24,498 nucleotides of DNA from a virus (taxonomy: Duplodnaviria; Heunggongvirae; Uroviricota; Caudoviricetes), in the IMG/VR virus record IMGVR_UViG_2684622579_000003. One strand, written 5' to 3'. The notes beneath the pieces were generated by a model, which was given only the letters and a program-made list of their open reading frames with translations, searched no databases and had not been told where the DNA came from. Positions within the stretch are counted from its first letter, which is position 1; each line of letters starts with the position of its first letter. The translations under genes and the position numbers were made by a program. Shown here one piece after another: positions 9,575 to 18,471 of the stretch.

Positions 9575-9763
9575 ATGCAGGACTATTTTTTGGAGTCTTT
9601 GAAGCTCCAACGCATTGATTTTTTTCTTAAGCTTGTAGCGGCTAGTGAGTGTAGTGATGAAGAGAAGGGGCTGGCCCTGCAGTGGGTTTCTGAACTGACA
9701 GATGAACTCATGGCAAAAATCAGAAGCCACGAATACAACCGCTCAATGGATGTCATCAGCTGA
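9575..9763 (+). CDS. Small hypothetical protein (62 aa from the ATG at 9575), first gene of the putative SOS-controlled operon
   Basis: AGGAGG RBS at 9564-9569, then ATG at 9575, within track ORF 9473..9763. Lies downstream of the LexA box. Confidence 0.55.
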   Translation: MQDYFLESLKLQRIDFFLKLVAASECSDEEKGLALQWVSELTDELMAKIRSHEYNRSMDVIS

Positions 9764-9773
9764 GGGGACTTTT

Positions 9774-10007
9774 ATGCGCATTGAAATAATGATCGATAAA
9801 GAGCAGAAGATTAGCCAGTCTACCCTGGACGCCCTTGAATCAGAGCTTTACCGCAATCTGCGCCCCCTGTATCCCAAAACGGTAATTCGTATCCGTAAAG
9901 GTAGCTCTAACGGTGTGGAACTGACCGGACTGCAACTGGACGAAGAAAGGAAACAAGTGATGAAAATTATGCAGAAGGTGTGGGAAGACGACAGCTGGCT
10001 GCATTAA
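9774..10007 (+). CDS. dinI: DinI-family protein (77 aa)
   Basis: MRIEI.I.K ... L..EL.R ... KIMQKVWEDDSWL closely resembles E. coli DinI (MRIEVTIAK ... ETWES.DDWF). Start at the ATG at 9774 within track ORF 9702..10007. Confidence 0.75.
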   Translation: MRIEIMIDKEQKISQSTLDALESELYRNLRPLYPKTVIRIRKGSSNGVELTGLQLDEERKQVMKIMQKVWEDDSWLH

Positions 10008-10391
10008 GAAACGTTGCTGGCGTCTGAACTTGCTTCTGGCGTCAGCAAGGTTGAACAACGAGCTATGCGAGGCGTTAGCCATCTGATCAAAAGACATCAA
10101 ATATCATATTGTATATCGTGGTCAAACGCTGGAAACAATCATTCCCGATCAGAGGGGCTTCTTTCAATGTCCAAAAGAGTGAGATAGAGGATACAGGATG
10201 GGAAGAGCTTTTGATTAATTATCGTCCAAGTTTTTCAAAAGCTTCTTATCTGGCGGTCGATACATGATTTACTGTTGGATATGGTATTTAAAATTAATCT
10301 TTACACTGTGGTATATGCAGAATAGGATATTATCAATACAATCAAACTGTTTTCATACGGTTATTAATATTGCAATGTTATAGGTAATGTC

Positions 10392-11510
10392 ATGTATCTT
10401 TTCAAGTATTACCGTCCGGACTTCTTCTTCGAGAAAGCTATTCGTTATAATGAATTATATTTTTCCGCTCCTGCGCAATTGAATGATCCCAATGATCTCA
10501 ATATAGATTATCGCTTCGATAATAAATTGAAATTATGGGATATTTTATTGCGTTCTCCTTGCGATAAATCCTATAAAAATTTGAGTCACATATTGGATTT
10601 GAGTAATTTGAAAATACATAAGGGATTGAATCGTATTTTTAGAGGAAAAAAAATAAAAAGTAGCATTGAGTCATTAGATAGCCTGTTTGACTCACACGTT
10701 GATGAGATACGTAAGATCATAGATGATGGTTTACTACCTATCAATGTGATTAATTCTGCTATTTATGGAAATATTCCTGAACCACGCCAATATTTAGTTT
10801 CACTTTGCGAGAACAGTATCAAAGAAAGGTTGTATAGGAAAATAGTTCCTGCAGTATTCAGTGTGTCATTTTCAGCTAATGCGTTAGATCGTATGATGTG
10901 GGCGCATTATGCTGCTGGCTTTAGTGGTTGTGTTGTGATTTATGAAACGCAGGATTTTAATATTGATGGTATATCCTATACTGGAATGAAGCTAAGAGAA
11001 AATTTATTTTCATCAGATAAATTTAATTTTCCAGTTAAGCCAATAAAATATAGTAATCAGGCTAAAGAGGTTTCACTTCTAGACCCAAGCGCAAATGTTG
11101 CAGAGTTATTTTTAACTAAAAATAGATTTTGGAGATATGAAGCTGAATATCGAATGTTTATTCCGGAGGCAAATGCAGGAATAGGGAGTGAGCGGCATGT
11201 TCAAAGACGCGTAAATCGAAATATTGGACATATTTTTCATCATGATGCTAATGTTGTTAAAGGGATCATTTTTGGTCCTAGAATGTGTGAAATGAAAAAA
11301 GAAAGCATATGGAATTGTATCAAGTCAAATATGGAGAATTCAAATTCAACAATATGTTATTTTTTTGACTCTGAGTTATCAGCATCAGGAAAGATTACTA
11401 TTTCAAAAGGGCAACGAGCGGAAAAAATGAAAAATTTCACTTTGTTCAGGAACAAGTTAAGTCAGACGGAAATGGCTAAAGTTTTGAAGGAAATTGGCAT
11501 TACGAACTAA
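10392..11510 (+). CDS. DUF2971-like protein (372 aa), AT-rich cargo gene at the tin/old-equivalent locus
   Basis: N-terminal signature LFKYYRP....... ELYFSAPAQLNDPNDL matches the DUF2971 hallmark as I recall it. Very low GC; sits between replication gene A and cos, where P2 carries tin and old. Confidence 0.6.
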   Translation: MYLFKYYRPDFFFEKAIRYNELYFSAPAQLNDPNDLNIDYRFDNKLKLWDILLRSPCDKSYKNLSHILDLSNLKIHKGLNRIFRGKKIKSSIESLDSLFDSHVDEIRKIIDDGLLPINVINSAIYGNIPEPRQYLVSLCENSIKERLYRKIVPAVFSVSFSANALDRMMWAHYAAGFSGCVVIYETQDFNIDGISYTGMKLRENLFSSDKFNFPVKPIKYSNQAKEVSLLDPSANVAELFLTKNRFWRYEAEYRMFIPEANAGIGSERHVQRRVNRNIGHIFHHDANVVKGIIFGPRMCEMKKESIWNCIKSNMENSNSTICYFFDSELSASGKITISKGQRAEKMKNFTLFRNKLSQTEMAKVLKEIGITN

Positions 11511-11576
11511 CCTAACAACAGTGCATGCCTATGCTGCCTGAATTTGCATGACCGTTTGAGGATCGTTTTTGCTAAG

Positions 11577-11604
11577 GCCCGCCAGAACTGGCGGGCTTTT
11601 GCGT
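11577..11604 (+). terminator. Rho-independent terminator (GCCCGCCAG-AA-CTGGCGGGC followed by TTTTG)
   Basis: 9-bp GC-rich perfect stem with U-tract, read directly; about 65 bp after the DUF2971 stop. Confidence 0.7.
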
Positions 11605-11645
11605 GGATCAGGCACCTGCATGAAAACCACTACACAAAGCGGGCA

Positions 11646-11664
11646 GGCGTGGCGGGGATACGAG
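11646..11664. other. cos: Probable cos site (cohesive-end region) of P2/186 type
   Basis: GGCGTGGCGGGGATACGAG resembles the 19-nt cohesive ends of 186/P2 (recalled as GGCG(T/A)GGCGGGGAAAGCA.). Correct position between the accessory locus and portal gene Q. Confidence 0.55.
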
Positions 11665-11869
11665 CGCGCACTCTGGGGTAAAATGGTCAAAATCCACCGC
11701 AATTTACTGGCTCGGGAACGTAGTTAGTTTTGTAGGTATAAACGGCTCTCACGTTAGATAGGCATGCAGGATGTGTTAAATCGTTGTGATGAAGTTAACG
11801 GTGACTGAGACAGTTTAGGTCTAAGATATAACTTCTGGGTTAGTTAAAAATTGGAATAGTAAGACATTT

Positions 11870-12166
11870 ATGAAAACTACTTATAGCTATGATTTTCAAT
11901 ATATGCGCAAAGGTCAGGATCGCCCTGATGATGATGGAGAGGTTGTAGGGTGTAATTCAGAAGACAACTCGCTTTTGATGCTTCCAAATGTGGGAGACTA
12001 CGTAACAATTACGAATAAGGGTGGGCGTGCTCAATTTGATGGGCGGGTGAAAACAAGGCTTTTCAATTACCTACGCATTGCTGATGGTCATGTTCATTGC
12101 TCCATTTGCATTGTAGTTGAGGAAGTTGATATGGACTCCGTATGGGGGGCACTAATTAAAGAATAA
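11870..12166 (+). CDS. Hypothetical protein (98 aa), AT-rich moron between cos and Q
   Basis: ORF with low GC, followed immediately by a hairpin terminator. No recognisable motif; two Cys pairs (C28, C77/C80). Confidence 0.5.
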   Translation: MKTTYSYDFQYMRKGQDRPDDDGEVVGCNSEDNSLLMLPNVGDYVTITNKGGRAQFDGRVKTRLFNYLRIADGHVHCSICIVVEEVDMDSVWGALIKE

Positions 12167-12172
12167 TAGAAT

Positions 12173-12188
12173 GCCTGCAAATGCAGGC
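12173..12188. terminator. Bidirectional hairpin terminator (GCCTGCA-AA-TGCAGGC) between the 98-aa ORF and Q
   Basis: 7-bp inverted repeat flanked by A/T-rich runs on both sides, lying between the convergent stops of ORF 11870..12166 (+) and Q (-). Confidence 0.6.
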
Positions 12189-12196
12189 GCTTTAAT

Positions 12197-13237
12197 TTAC
12201 TCAGAAATATCTAAGTTGTAAGATTCAAAGCAAATCACTTTTTCACCTAGCCAGTTGTTCAGCTCTTGCAGCCGCTTTTGCAGTGGCATCAGTTCATTGC
12301 GGACAAACACTCGACTAGCCTTCTCCACATCCCCAAACCCCCCGACATTATTAGGCATTATCCCCATCATTTGTGGCGGCACACGATGCGCCGCCATCAT
12401 GTCGTCCCGGCTCACGTTCTTGATATTCAGGAACTCATCCTTCGCCGCCACTTCTGACAACGGGATAATCTGAAGCCCGTCCTTTTTACCGTTAGGCGAG
12501 TACATAAACAGGTTACGGAAGTTACCAGGACCTTTGGCGCTTTTCATCGCATTGCGGAGGTTGTTCACATCCTCCTGGTTCTGCGCAGCATCGGTCATGT
12601 ACATGATGAAGCCTGCATGACTGCCGTTAATGTAATACTTGCGGCGGAACAGCGTGGCGGACTCGTTGAGCAGAGCTGACGGAATGGCAGAAAGATAACC
12701 GGGCAGGCCGTAGATCTCCTGGTTAATGTCCGGTTCCATCAGATGAAAAATGCTGCCTTTCGTGAACTGATACGGCTGGGTTGTCATACCGTATTGCACA
12801 AACCAGTAGGTATCCAGGTCTAACCCGCGTCGGGTGTATTTTGCCAGTGCAGGCTCAAGGGCGATAACTTCACCGAAGCGGTTCGTGCGTTTCTCCAGGT
12901 AGGCGTTACCAAAAACCAGATAGTCCTGCACAAAACGCGAAAAAGCCTGCTGGCTGAGCAGCGGGTGAGGGATGTAGGTGCTGGTCAGAATGTTGCACTT
13001 CACTGCAATCGGTGAGCTGTGATGCACGGCGGCGCGGAAGGTTCGCGCCAGTCCGTCGAAACTCACAGGCGGCTCATACCAACGATCCATCTGTACGCAT
13101 TCCACATAGTCCAGCAGTTCGCGGCGGTCCAGAACAGGAACGGGATCACCGAAGCTGAATGCTTCGGCTGAAGTCTGGCTTTTATGCTGGATCTGTTTCG
13201 TCGACGCAGCGCGGTTCTTCTTACTCTTTCCCATCAA
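12197..13237 (-). CDS. Q: Portal vertex protein (P2 gpQ-like), 346 aa
   Basis: Size, position adjacent to cos, orientation opposite to the O-N-M operon, and ATGA coupling to the terminase gene match P2 Q. Confidence 0.85.
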   Translation of the reverse strand: MMGKSKKNRAASTKQIQHKSQTSAEAFSFGDPVPVLDRRELLDYVECVQMDRWYEPPVSFDGLARTFRAAVHHSSPIAVKCNILTSTYIPHPLLSQQAFSRFVQDYLVFGNAYLEKRTNRFGEVIALEPALAKYTRRGLDLDTYWFVQYGMTTQPYQFTKGSIFHLMEPDINQEIYGLPGYLSAIPSALLNESATLFRRKYYINGSHAGFIMYMTDAAQNQEDVNNLRNAMKSAKGPGNFRNLFMYSPNGKKDGLQIIPLSEVAAKDEFLNIKNVSRDDMMAAHRVPPQMMGIMPNNVGGFGDVEKASRVFVRNELMPLQKRLQELNNWLGEKVICFESYNLDISE

Positions 13238-15000
13238 AAAATCTCCACAATATTGCTGGTATTGGCGGACTCGCCCTGCAGCGGTTCGTTAAACAGTGCG
13301 TGCATTGTTGCCCAGGCCAGATCGGCATGGCTGGCTTCTTCGCTGCGGCTGGCTTCATAGGTCGGGCGGTTGCCACTGGCAGTGGTAGCGCGACGGATTG
13401 CCATAAATGACTGCGCAATGTCGGTGTGCCCGGCGTCAAACTCCAGACGGCGGTGGCTGATAATGTCGTAGGCCTTGAGTACCAGGGCGTTTTTAACGTT
13501 GGGGTTGTAGACAAACTCCCTGACGGCAGGAAAAAACGCTTTCACGTTCTCGTAAACCCCGTGACCGACGCCGGTCGAGTCGATGCCGATATAGGTCACG
13601 TTGTACTGTTCGGTCAGTTTTTTGATGGCGTCAGCCTGGGCGCGGAAGTCCATCCCGCGCCACTGGTGACGCTCAAGAATGCGGAACTTACCACCCGGCA
13701 CGGCTGGCGGAGCCACCACCACGCATCCGGCACTATCGCCGTTCTGCGTACCTTTTGCCGGGTCATAACCGATCCACACCTCGCGCCAGCCAAACGGGCG
13801 CAGCGCCAGTGCATGAAAGTCGGTCCAGACTTCCCAGCTGTCCACCATGCACGCCTGCAGCTCGCTGAGCGGAAACACGGACGCGAGATCGTCCACAAAC
13901 TCGCACATCAGCAGGTTCTGGTATTCGTCCGGGCTGTACTCCATGCGCAACTGGTCAAGGTCGAACAGGTTACAGCCGCCGCGCACCGCATCTTCCACGG
14001 TGACTATCTGGCGGTATTGCCCGTCTGCGCACAGCAGGCCGGGGGCCAGATTGCTGTGGGACAGGTCGATGTCCACCTTATCGGCTTTGTTGCGCCCACG
14101 GTTGAACAGCGCACCGGACCAGAACGGATAAGCACTGTGTGTCAGGCTGGATGGCGTGGAAAAATAGGTTTGTCGCCATTTCTTGTGAATAGCCATACCG
14201 GAAGCCACTTTGCGCAGCTCCTGAAATTTCGGTATCCAGAAATATTCATCCAGATACAGGTTGCCGTGGTAACTCTGGGCCGTGCGGGCATTGGTGCCGA
14301 GGAAGTAAAGCGTGGCTCCGTTAGGAAGCACCATCGGATCGCCTTTTAGCTCCACCTCGACTTCTTTGGCGAAGTCGATGATGTATTGTTTAAAGACGTG
14401 GGCCTGAGCCTTACTGGCAGAAAGGAAAATCTGGTTACGTCCGGTAAGCAGGGCGTCAATCAGGGCTTCACGGGCAAAATAGAAGGTTGCGCCGATCTGG
14501 CGAGACTTCAGCAGGTTGCGGATGCGGTTGGTTTTTCCGGCTTCCCACCAGTGGCGCTGGTAGTTGAACATGGAGGAATGGAAGATTTCTTCCAGCTTCT
14601 CAATCTGCTCATCGGTGAAAACATTCTTTTCCGGCTGACGGCGTGGGCCTTTGTTGCGGTTGGCGACGTTAGGGTTTAAGTCGGCTTCGTTACCGCCATT
14701 GTTAAACTTGCCGATCCGCGCGTGGCGCTCCGACTGGCGCGCCAGCAGGTCAATTTCTTTGAAATCTTTCCCTTCTTTGTGCTCCTTCATAATGAGCTGG
14801 CAGTAGCGTGCGGCGGTGGTGAGCTGCATCTGATCCAGCGGCCCATAGTCACCCCACTTGTCGCGTTTCTTCCAGCTGTGAACGGTTGCAACTTTCTCGC
14901 CCAGCATTTCAGCAATGCGGGCTACACGGTATCCCTGAAAGTACAGCAGCATGGCCTGCCGACGGGGATCGAGATCTGCGGGTGTCAGTGTGGTGTTCAT
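13234..15000 (-). CDS. P: Terminase large (ATPase) subunit (P2 gpP-like), 588 aa
   Basis: 588-aa ORF upstream of the portal on the same strand, divergent from the scaffold/capsid operon, as in P2. Confidence 0.85.
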   Translation of the reverse strand: MNTTLTPADLDPRRQAMLLYFQGYRVARIAEMLGEKVATVHSWKKRDKWGDYGPLDQMQLTTAARYCQLIMKEHKEGKDFKEIDLLARQSERHARIGKFNNGGNEADLNPNVANRNKGPRRQPEKNVFTDEQIEKLEEIFHSSMFNYQRHWWEAGKTNRIRNLLKSRQIGATFYFAREALIDALLTGRNQIFLSASKAQAHVFKQYIIDFAKEVEVELKGDPMVLPNGATLYFLGTNARTAQSYHGNLYLDEYFWIPKFQELRKVASGMAIHKKWRQTYFSTPSSLTHSAYPFWSGALFNRGRNKADKVDIDLSHSNLAPGLLCADGQYRQIVTVEDAVRGGCNLFDLDQLRMEYSPDEYQNLLMCEFVDDLASVFPLSELQACMVDSWEVWTDFHALALRPFGWREVWIGYDPAKGTQNGDSAGCVVVAPPAVPGGKFRILERHQWRGMDFRAQADAIKKLTEQYNVTYIGIDSTGVGHGVYENVKAFFPAVREFVYNPNVKNALVLKAYDIISHRRLEFDAGHTDIAQSFMAIRRATTASGNRPTYEASRSEEASHADLAWATMHALFNEPLQGESANTSNIVEIF

Positions 15001-15046
15001 GGCACAAACCTACAGCCTTGAATGACGTCTTTCCCCGCCTGCGGTT

Positions 15047-15064
15047 TGTGTGGTTGTCGGTACA
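15047..15064. promoter_or_regulatory. TGT-N12-ACA element in the P/O divergent intergenic region; candidate Ogr/Delta activator site for late promoters
   Basis: TGTgtggttgtcggtACA read directly from sequence, about 80 bp upstream of the O start. P2 late promoters carry TGT-N12-ACA near -55. Confidence 0.5.
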
Positions 15065-15142
15065 AATACCGCGCATTGTTTCACTGCCCCCATCACCGCA
15101 ACCATAAGGCTCCAGTAAGTTTTTTCTAACGGAGCACGGCTC

Positions 15143-15976
15143 ATGACAGTGAAAGCAAAGCGTTTTCGCATCGGGGTGGAAGGTGCCACCACCGACGGAC
15201 GCGAAATCCAGCGTGAATGGCTGGAACAGATGGCAGCCAGCTACAACCCGGCGGTGTATACCGCGCTGATTAACCTTGAGCACATCAAGTCTTATCTGCC
15301 GGACAGCACCTTTAACCGCTACGGCAAGGTGACGGCGCTGTTTGCTGAAGAAATCACGGAAGGTCCGCTGGCAGGCAAGATGGCGCTGTATGCCGACGTT
15401 GAGCCAACGGAGTCCCTGGTGGAACTGGTGAAAAAAGGCCAGAAATTATTCACCTCTATGGAAGTCAGCCCGAAGTTCGCTGATACGGGCAAAGCCTATC
15501 TGGTCGGCCTGGCTGCCACTGATGACCCTGCCAGTCTGGGTACGGAAATGCTGACATTCAGCGCCAGTGCAGCCCATAACCCGCTGGCAAACCGCAAGCA
15601 GAATCCTGCCAATCTCTTTACCGCTGCAGAGGAAACGGTGATCGAACTGGAAGAAATCCAGGACGACAAACCGTCCCTGTTTGCCCGCGTCACGGCGCTG
15701 TTTACCAAAAAAGAGCAGTCCGATGACGCCCGGTTCTCTGATGTGCATAAGGCCGTGGAGCTGGTCGCCACTGAGCAGCAGAACCTGAGCGCACGCACCG
15801 AAAAATCCCTGTCTGAGCAGGAAGAACGCCTGTCTGAGCTGGAGACTGCCCTGCAGGCACAGCAAACCGCCTTTAACGAACTGGTGGACAAGCTGAGTCA
15901 TGAAGACAGTCGCCAGGACTACCGCCAGCGTGCAACAGGCGGTAACGCCCCCGCTGACACTCTGACCAATTGCTGA
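15143..15976 (+). CDS. O: Capsid scaffolding protein (P2 gpO-like), 277 aa
   Basis: N-terminus (FRIGVEGATTDGREI...INLEH) and C-terminus (ATGG...TNC) recall P2 gpO. Confidence 0.85.
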   Translation: MTVKAKRFRIGVEGATTDGREIQREWLEQMAASYNPAVYTALINLEHIKSYLPDSTFNRYGKVTALFAEEITEGPLAGKMALYADVEPTESLVELVKKGQKLFTSMEVSPKFADTGKAYLVGLAATDDPASLGTEMLTFSASAAHNPLANRKQNPANLFTAAEETVIELEEIQDDKPSLFARVTALFTKKEQSDDARFSDVHKAVELVATEQQNLSARTEKSLSEQEERLSELETALQAQQTAFNELVDKLSHEDSRQDYRQRATGGNAPADTLTNC

Positions 15977-15992
15977 TGGAGCACAAAACCCG

Positions 15993-17051
15993 ATGAAGAA
16001 GAATACCCGCTTTGCTTTTAACGCTTACCTGCAGCAGCTGGCGCGTCTGAACGGTGTGGCAGTTGAAGAACTGTCCAGCAAGTTCACCGTGGAGCCGTCT
16101 GTGCAGCAGACGCTGGAAGACCAGATCCAGCAGTCCGCCGCTTTCCTGACGCTGATTAACGTCACGCCAGTGACTGAGCAGTCCGGTCAGCTGCTGGGGC
16201 TGGGAGTTGGCAGCACCATTGCCGGAACCACTGACACCACCGCGAAAGAGCGTGAACCTGTCGATCCGACGCTGATGGTCGATGTGGAATATAAATGCGA
16301 GCAGACCAACTTTGACACGGTGCTGACCTACGCGAAGCTGGACCTGTGGGCGAAGTTTCAGGATTTCCAGGTGCGCATCCGTGACGCCATCGTGAAACGT
16401 CAGGCTCTGGACCGCATCATGATCGGCTTTAACGGCGTGAAGCGTGCGAAAACCTCCAACCGTAGCGAAAACCCGCTGCTGCAGGATGTGAACAAAGGCT
16501 GGCTGCAGAAAATCCGTGAAGATGCACCGGATCACGTCATGGGCAGCACCACCACGGGCGGTGAAACCACACCGGGTGCGGTGAAAGTCGGGAAAGGTGG
16601 CGAATATGCCAACCTGGACGCCGTGGTGATGGATGCCGTCAATGAGCTTATCGATGTGGTCTACCAGGACGATGACGATCTGGTGGTGATTTGCGGTCGT
16701 GAACTGCTGTCTGACAAGTATTTCCCGCTGGTCAACAAAGAGCAGGAAAACAGTGAAAAACTGGCTGCCGATATGATCATCAGTCAGAAACGCATGGGTG
16801 GCCTGCAGGCCGTGCGTGCGCCGTTCTTCCCGCCGAATGCACTGCTGATCACCCGTCTGGATAACCTGTCCATCTACTGGCAGGAAGACACCCGCCGCCG
16901 CTCAGTTATCGACAACCCGAAACGTGACCGAATTGAAAACTTTGAATCCGTTAACGAAGCCTATGTGGTTGAGGACTACCGCTGCGCCGCACTGGTGGAA
17001 AACATCCAGATTGGCGACTTCAGCGCCGCAGCAGCCGAAACCGGAGCGTAA
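15993..17051 (+). CDS. N: Major capsid protein (P2 gpN-like), 352 aa
   Basis: 352-aa ORF immediately after the scaffold gene; size and position match P2 N. Confidence 0.85.
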   Translation: MKKNTRFAFNAYLQQLARLNGVAVEELSSKFTVEPSVQQTLEDQIQQSAAFLTLINVTPVTEQSGQLLGLGVGSTIAGTTDTTAKEREPVDPTLMVDVEYKCEQTNFDTVLTYAKLDLWAKFQDFQVRIRDAIVKRQALDRIMIGFNGVKRAKTSNRSENPLLQDVNKGWLQKIREDAPDHVMGSTTTGGETTPGAVKVGKGGEYANLDAVVMDAVNELIDVVYQDDDDLVVICGRELLSDKYFPLVNKEQENSEKLAADMIISQKRMGGLQAVRAPFFPPNALLITRLDNLSIYWQEDTRRRSVIDNPKRDRIENFESVNEAYVVEDYRCAALVENIQIGDFSAAAAETGA

Positions 17052-17054
17052 TTC

Positions 17055-17705
17055 ATGAGCCTGAGTCCCGCACGGCAGCATCGCCTGCGCGTTCAGGCTG
17101 AACAGGCCGCCCGCGAGGGCGGCAGCGTTCGCCACGCGTCGGGCTATGACCTGATGCTGCTGCAACTGGCGGAAGACCGCCGCCGTCTCAAGGGCGTTCA
17201 GTCCACGGTCAAAAAAGCGGAAATCAAGGTGGAGCTGCTGCCGAAGTACGCCGCCTGGGCGGAGGGTGTCCTGGCTGCCGGAGGCGCTCAACAGGATGAC
17301 GTGCTGATGTACGTGATGCTGTGGCGCATTGATGCCGGAGATTATGCCGGGGCGCTGGAGATCGGGCGTCACGCCCTGCGTCATGGCTGGGTGATGCCGC
17401 TGGGTAATCGCAATGTGCAGACCGTGCTGGCAGAGGAAATGGCAGACGCGGCGCAGAGCGCAATGCTTGCCGCCACCGGCTTTGATGCCGATCTGTTGCT
17501 GCAGACGCTGGAGCTGACAGACGGTCTGGATATGCCGGACCAGTCACGGGCGCGTCTGCATAAAGCGATTGGCGCTGTCCTGAGTGAAAGCAATCCGGCT
17601 TCCGCCCTTAACCATCTCAACCATGCGTTGCAGCTCGATCCCCGCTGTGGCGTGAAAAAAGACAAACAGCAGCTGGAGCGCAGACTGCGCAATGACAGCC
17701 GCTGA
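17055..17705 (+). CDS. M: Terminase small (endonuclease) subunit (P2 gpM-like), 216 aa
   Basis: Position after N, with size and composition typical of P2 M. Confidence 0.8.
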   Translation: MSLSPARQHRLRVQAEQAAREGGSVRHASGYDLMLLQLAEDRRRLKGVQSTVKKAEIKVELLPKYAAWAEGVLAAGGAQQDDVLMYVMLWRIDAGDYAGALEIGRHALRHGWVMPLGNRNVQTVLAEEMADAAQSAMLAATGFDADLLLQTLELTDGLDMPDQSRARLHKAIGAVLSESNPASALNHLNHALQLDPRCGVKKDKQQLERRLRNDSR

Positions 17706-17800
17706 CAGAACGTGCCCCCGCGCACGGGCGGCACGGGGTGGCGAAAGGCACAGCCACATCAAAACTCCGTCCACCGCCCTCTATTTCAGGAGAAAGCAGC

Positions 17801-18265
17801 ATGAAGTTTGTTGCACCAGAACAGGCACCGGAACAGGCGGAAATCATCAGAAATACGCCGTTCTGGCCTGATGTGGACCTGTCGGAGTTTCGCAGTGTGA
17901 TGCGCACTGACGGCACGGTGACACAGCCGCGTTTAAAGCAGGTTGCGCTGTCGGCAATTTCGGAGGTCAACGCAGAACTGTATGAGTTTCGCAGACGCCA
18001 GCAGATGCTGGGATATGCCTCGCTGGCAGAGGTTCCGGCGGAACAACTGGACGGCAAAAGTGAGCGCATTCAGCACTATTTCAACGCGGTTTACTGCTGG
18101 GCACGCGCCATGCTCAACGAACGTTACCAGGACTATGACGCCACGGCGTCTGGTGTGAAGCGGGGCGAGGAACTGGCGGAAGCCAGCGGTGATTTGTGGC
18201 GTGACGCCCGCTGGGCCATCAGCCGGGTACAGGATGCGCCGCACTGCACAGTGGAGCTTATCTGA
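17801..18265 (+). CDS. L: Head completion/stabilisation protein (P2 gpL-like)
   Basis: Region IIRNTPFWPDVD ... AELYEFRR ... LWRDARWA recalls P2 gpL. Start placed at the ATG at 17801, preceded by an AGGAGA RBS, within track ORF 17738..18265. Confidence 0.8.
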   Translation: MKFVAPEQAPEQAEIIRNTPFWPDVDLSEFRSVMRTDGTVTQPRLKQVALSAISEVNAELYEFRRRQQMLGYASLAEVPAEQLDGKSERIQHYFNAVYCWARAMLNERYQDYDATASGVKRGEELAEASGDLWRDARWAISRVQDAPHCTVELI

Positions 18266-18468
18266 TGAAAGTGCGTGCGCATCAGTATGACACGGTGGAC
18301 GCGCTTTGCTGGCGTCATTACGGGCGCACGCAGGGTGTCACGGAGCAGGTACTGAAGGCAAATCCGGGGCTTGCCGAATATGGCCCCTTTTTACCTCACG
18401 GGCTGCAGGTGGAGCTGCCGGACATTCCGACAACCACCACCGTGCAGACCGTCCAGCTATGGGACTGA
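18265..18468 (+). CDS. X: Tail protein X (P2 gpX-like), 67 aa
   Basis: Small ORF coupled to the L stop, preceding the lysis cassette as in P2. Confidence 0.75.
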   Translation: MKVRAHQYDTVDALCWRHYGRTQGVTEQVLKANPGLAEYGPFLPHGLQVELPDIPTTTTVQTVQLWD

Positions 18469-18471
18469 ATT

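Noticed and set aside
10016-10041. Direct repeat CTGGCGTC ... CTGGCGTC just after the DinI-like gene, considered as a terminator or iteron
   Set aside because: Only an 8-bp direct repeat with a weak 5-bp flanking stem; not convincing as a terminator or repeated binding site.
10100-10391. Promoter for the DUF2971 gene in the AT-rich upstream region
   Set aside because: Several hexamer-like sequences are present (e.g. TTTACA near 10294) but none with convincing -35/-10 spacing, so no specific promoter is called.
13426-14349. 307-aa plus-strand ORF inside the terminase large-subunit gene
   Set aside because: Antisense ORF in a high-GC coding region; the minus-strand gene P is a recognisable terminase, and long stop-free antisense frames are expected at this GC content.
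15873-16535. 220-aa minus-strand ORF overlapping the major capsid gene
   Set aside because: Antisense to the N gene with no independent support.
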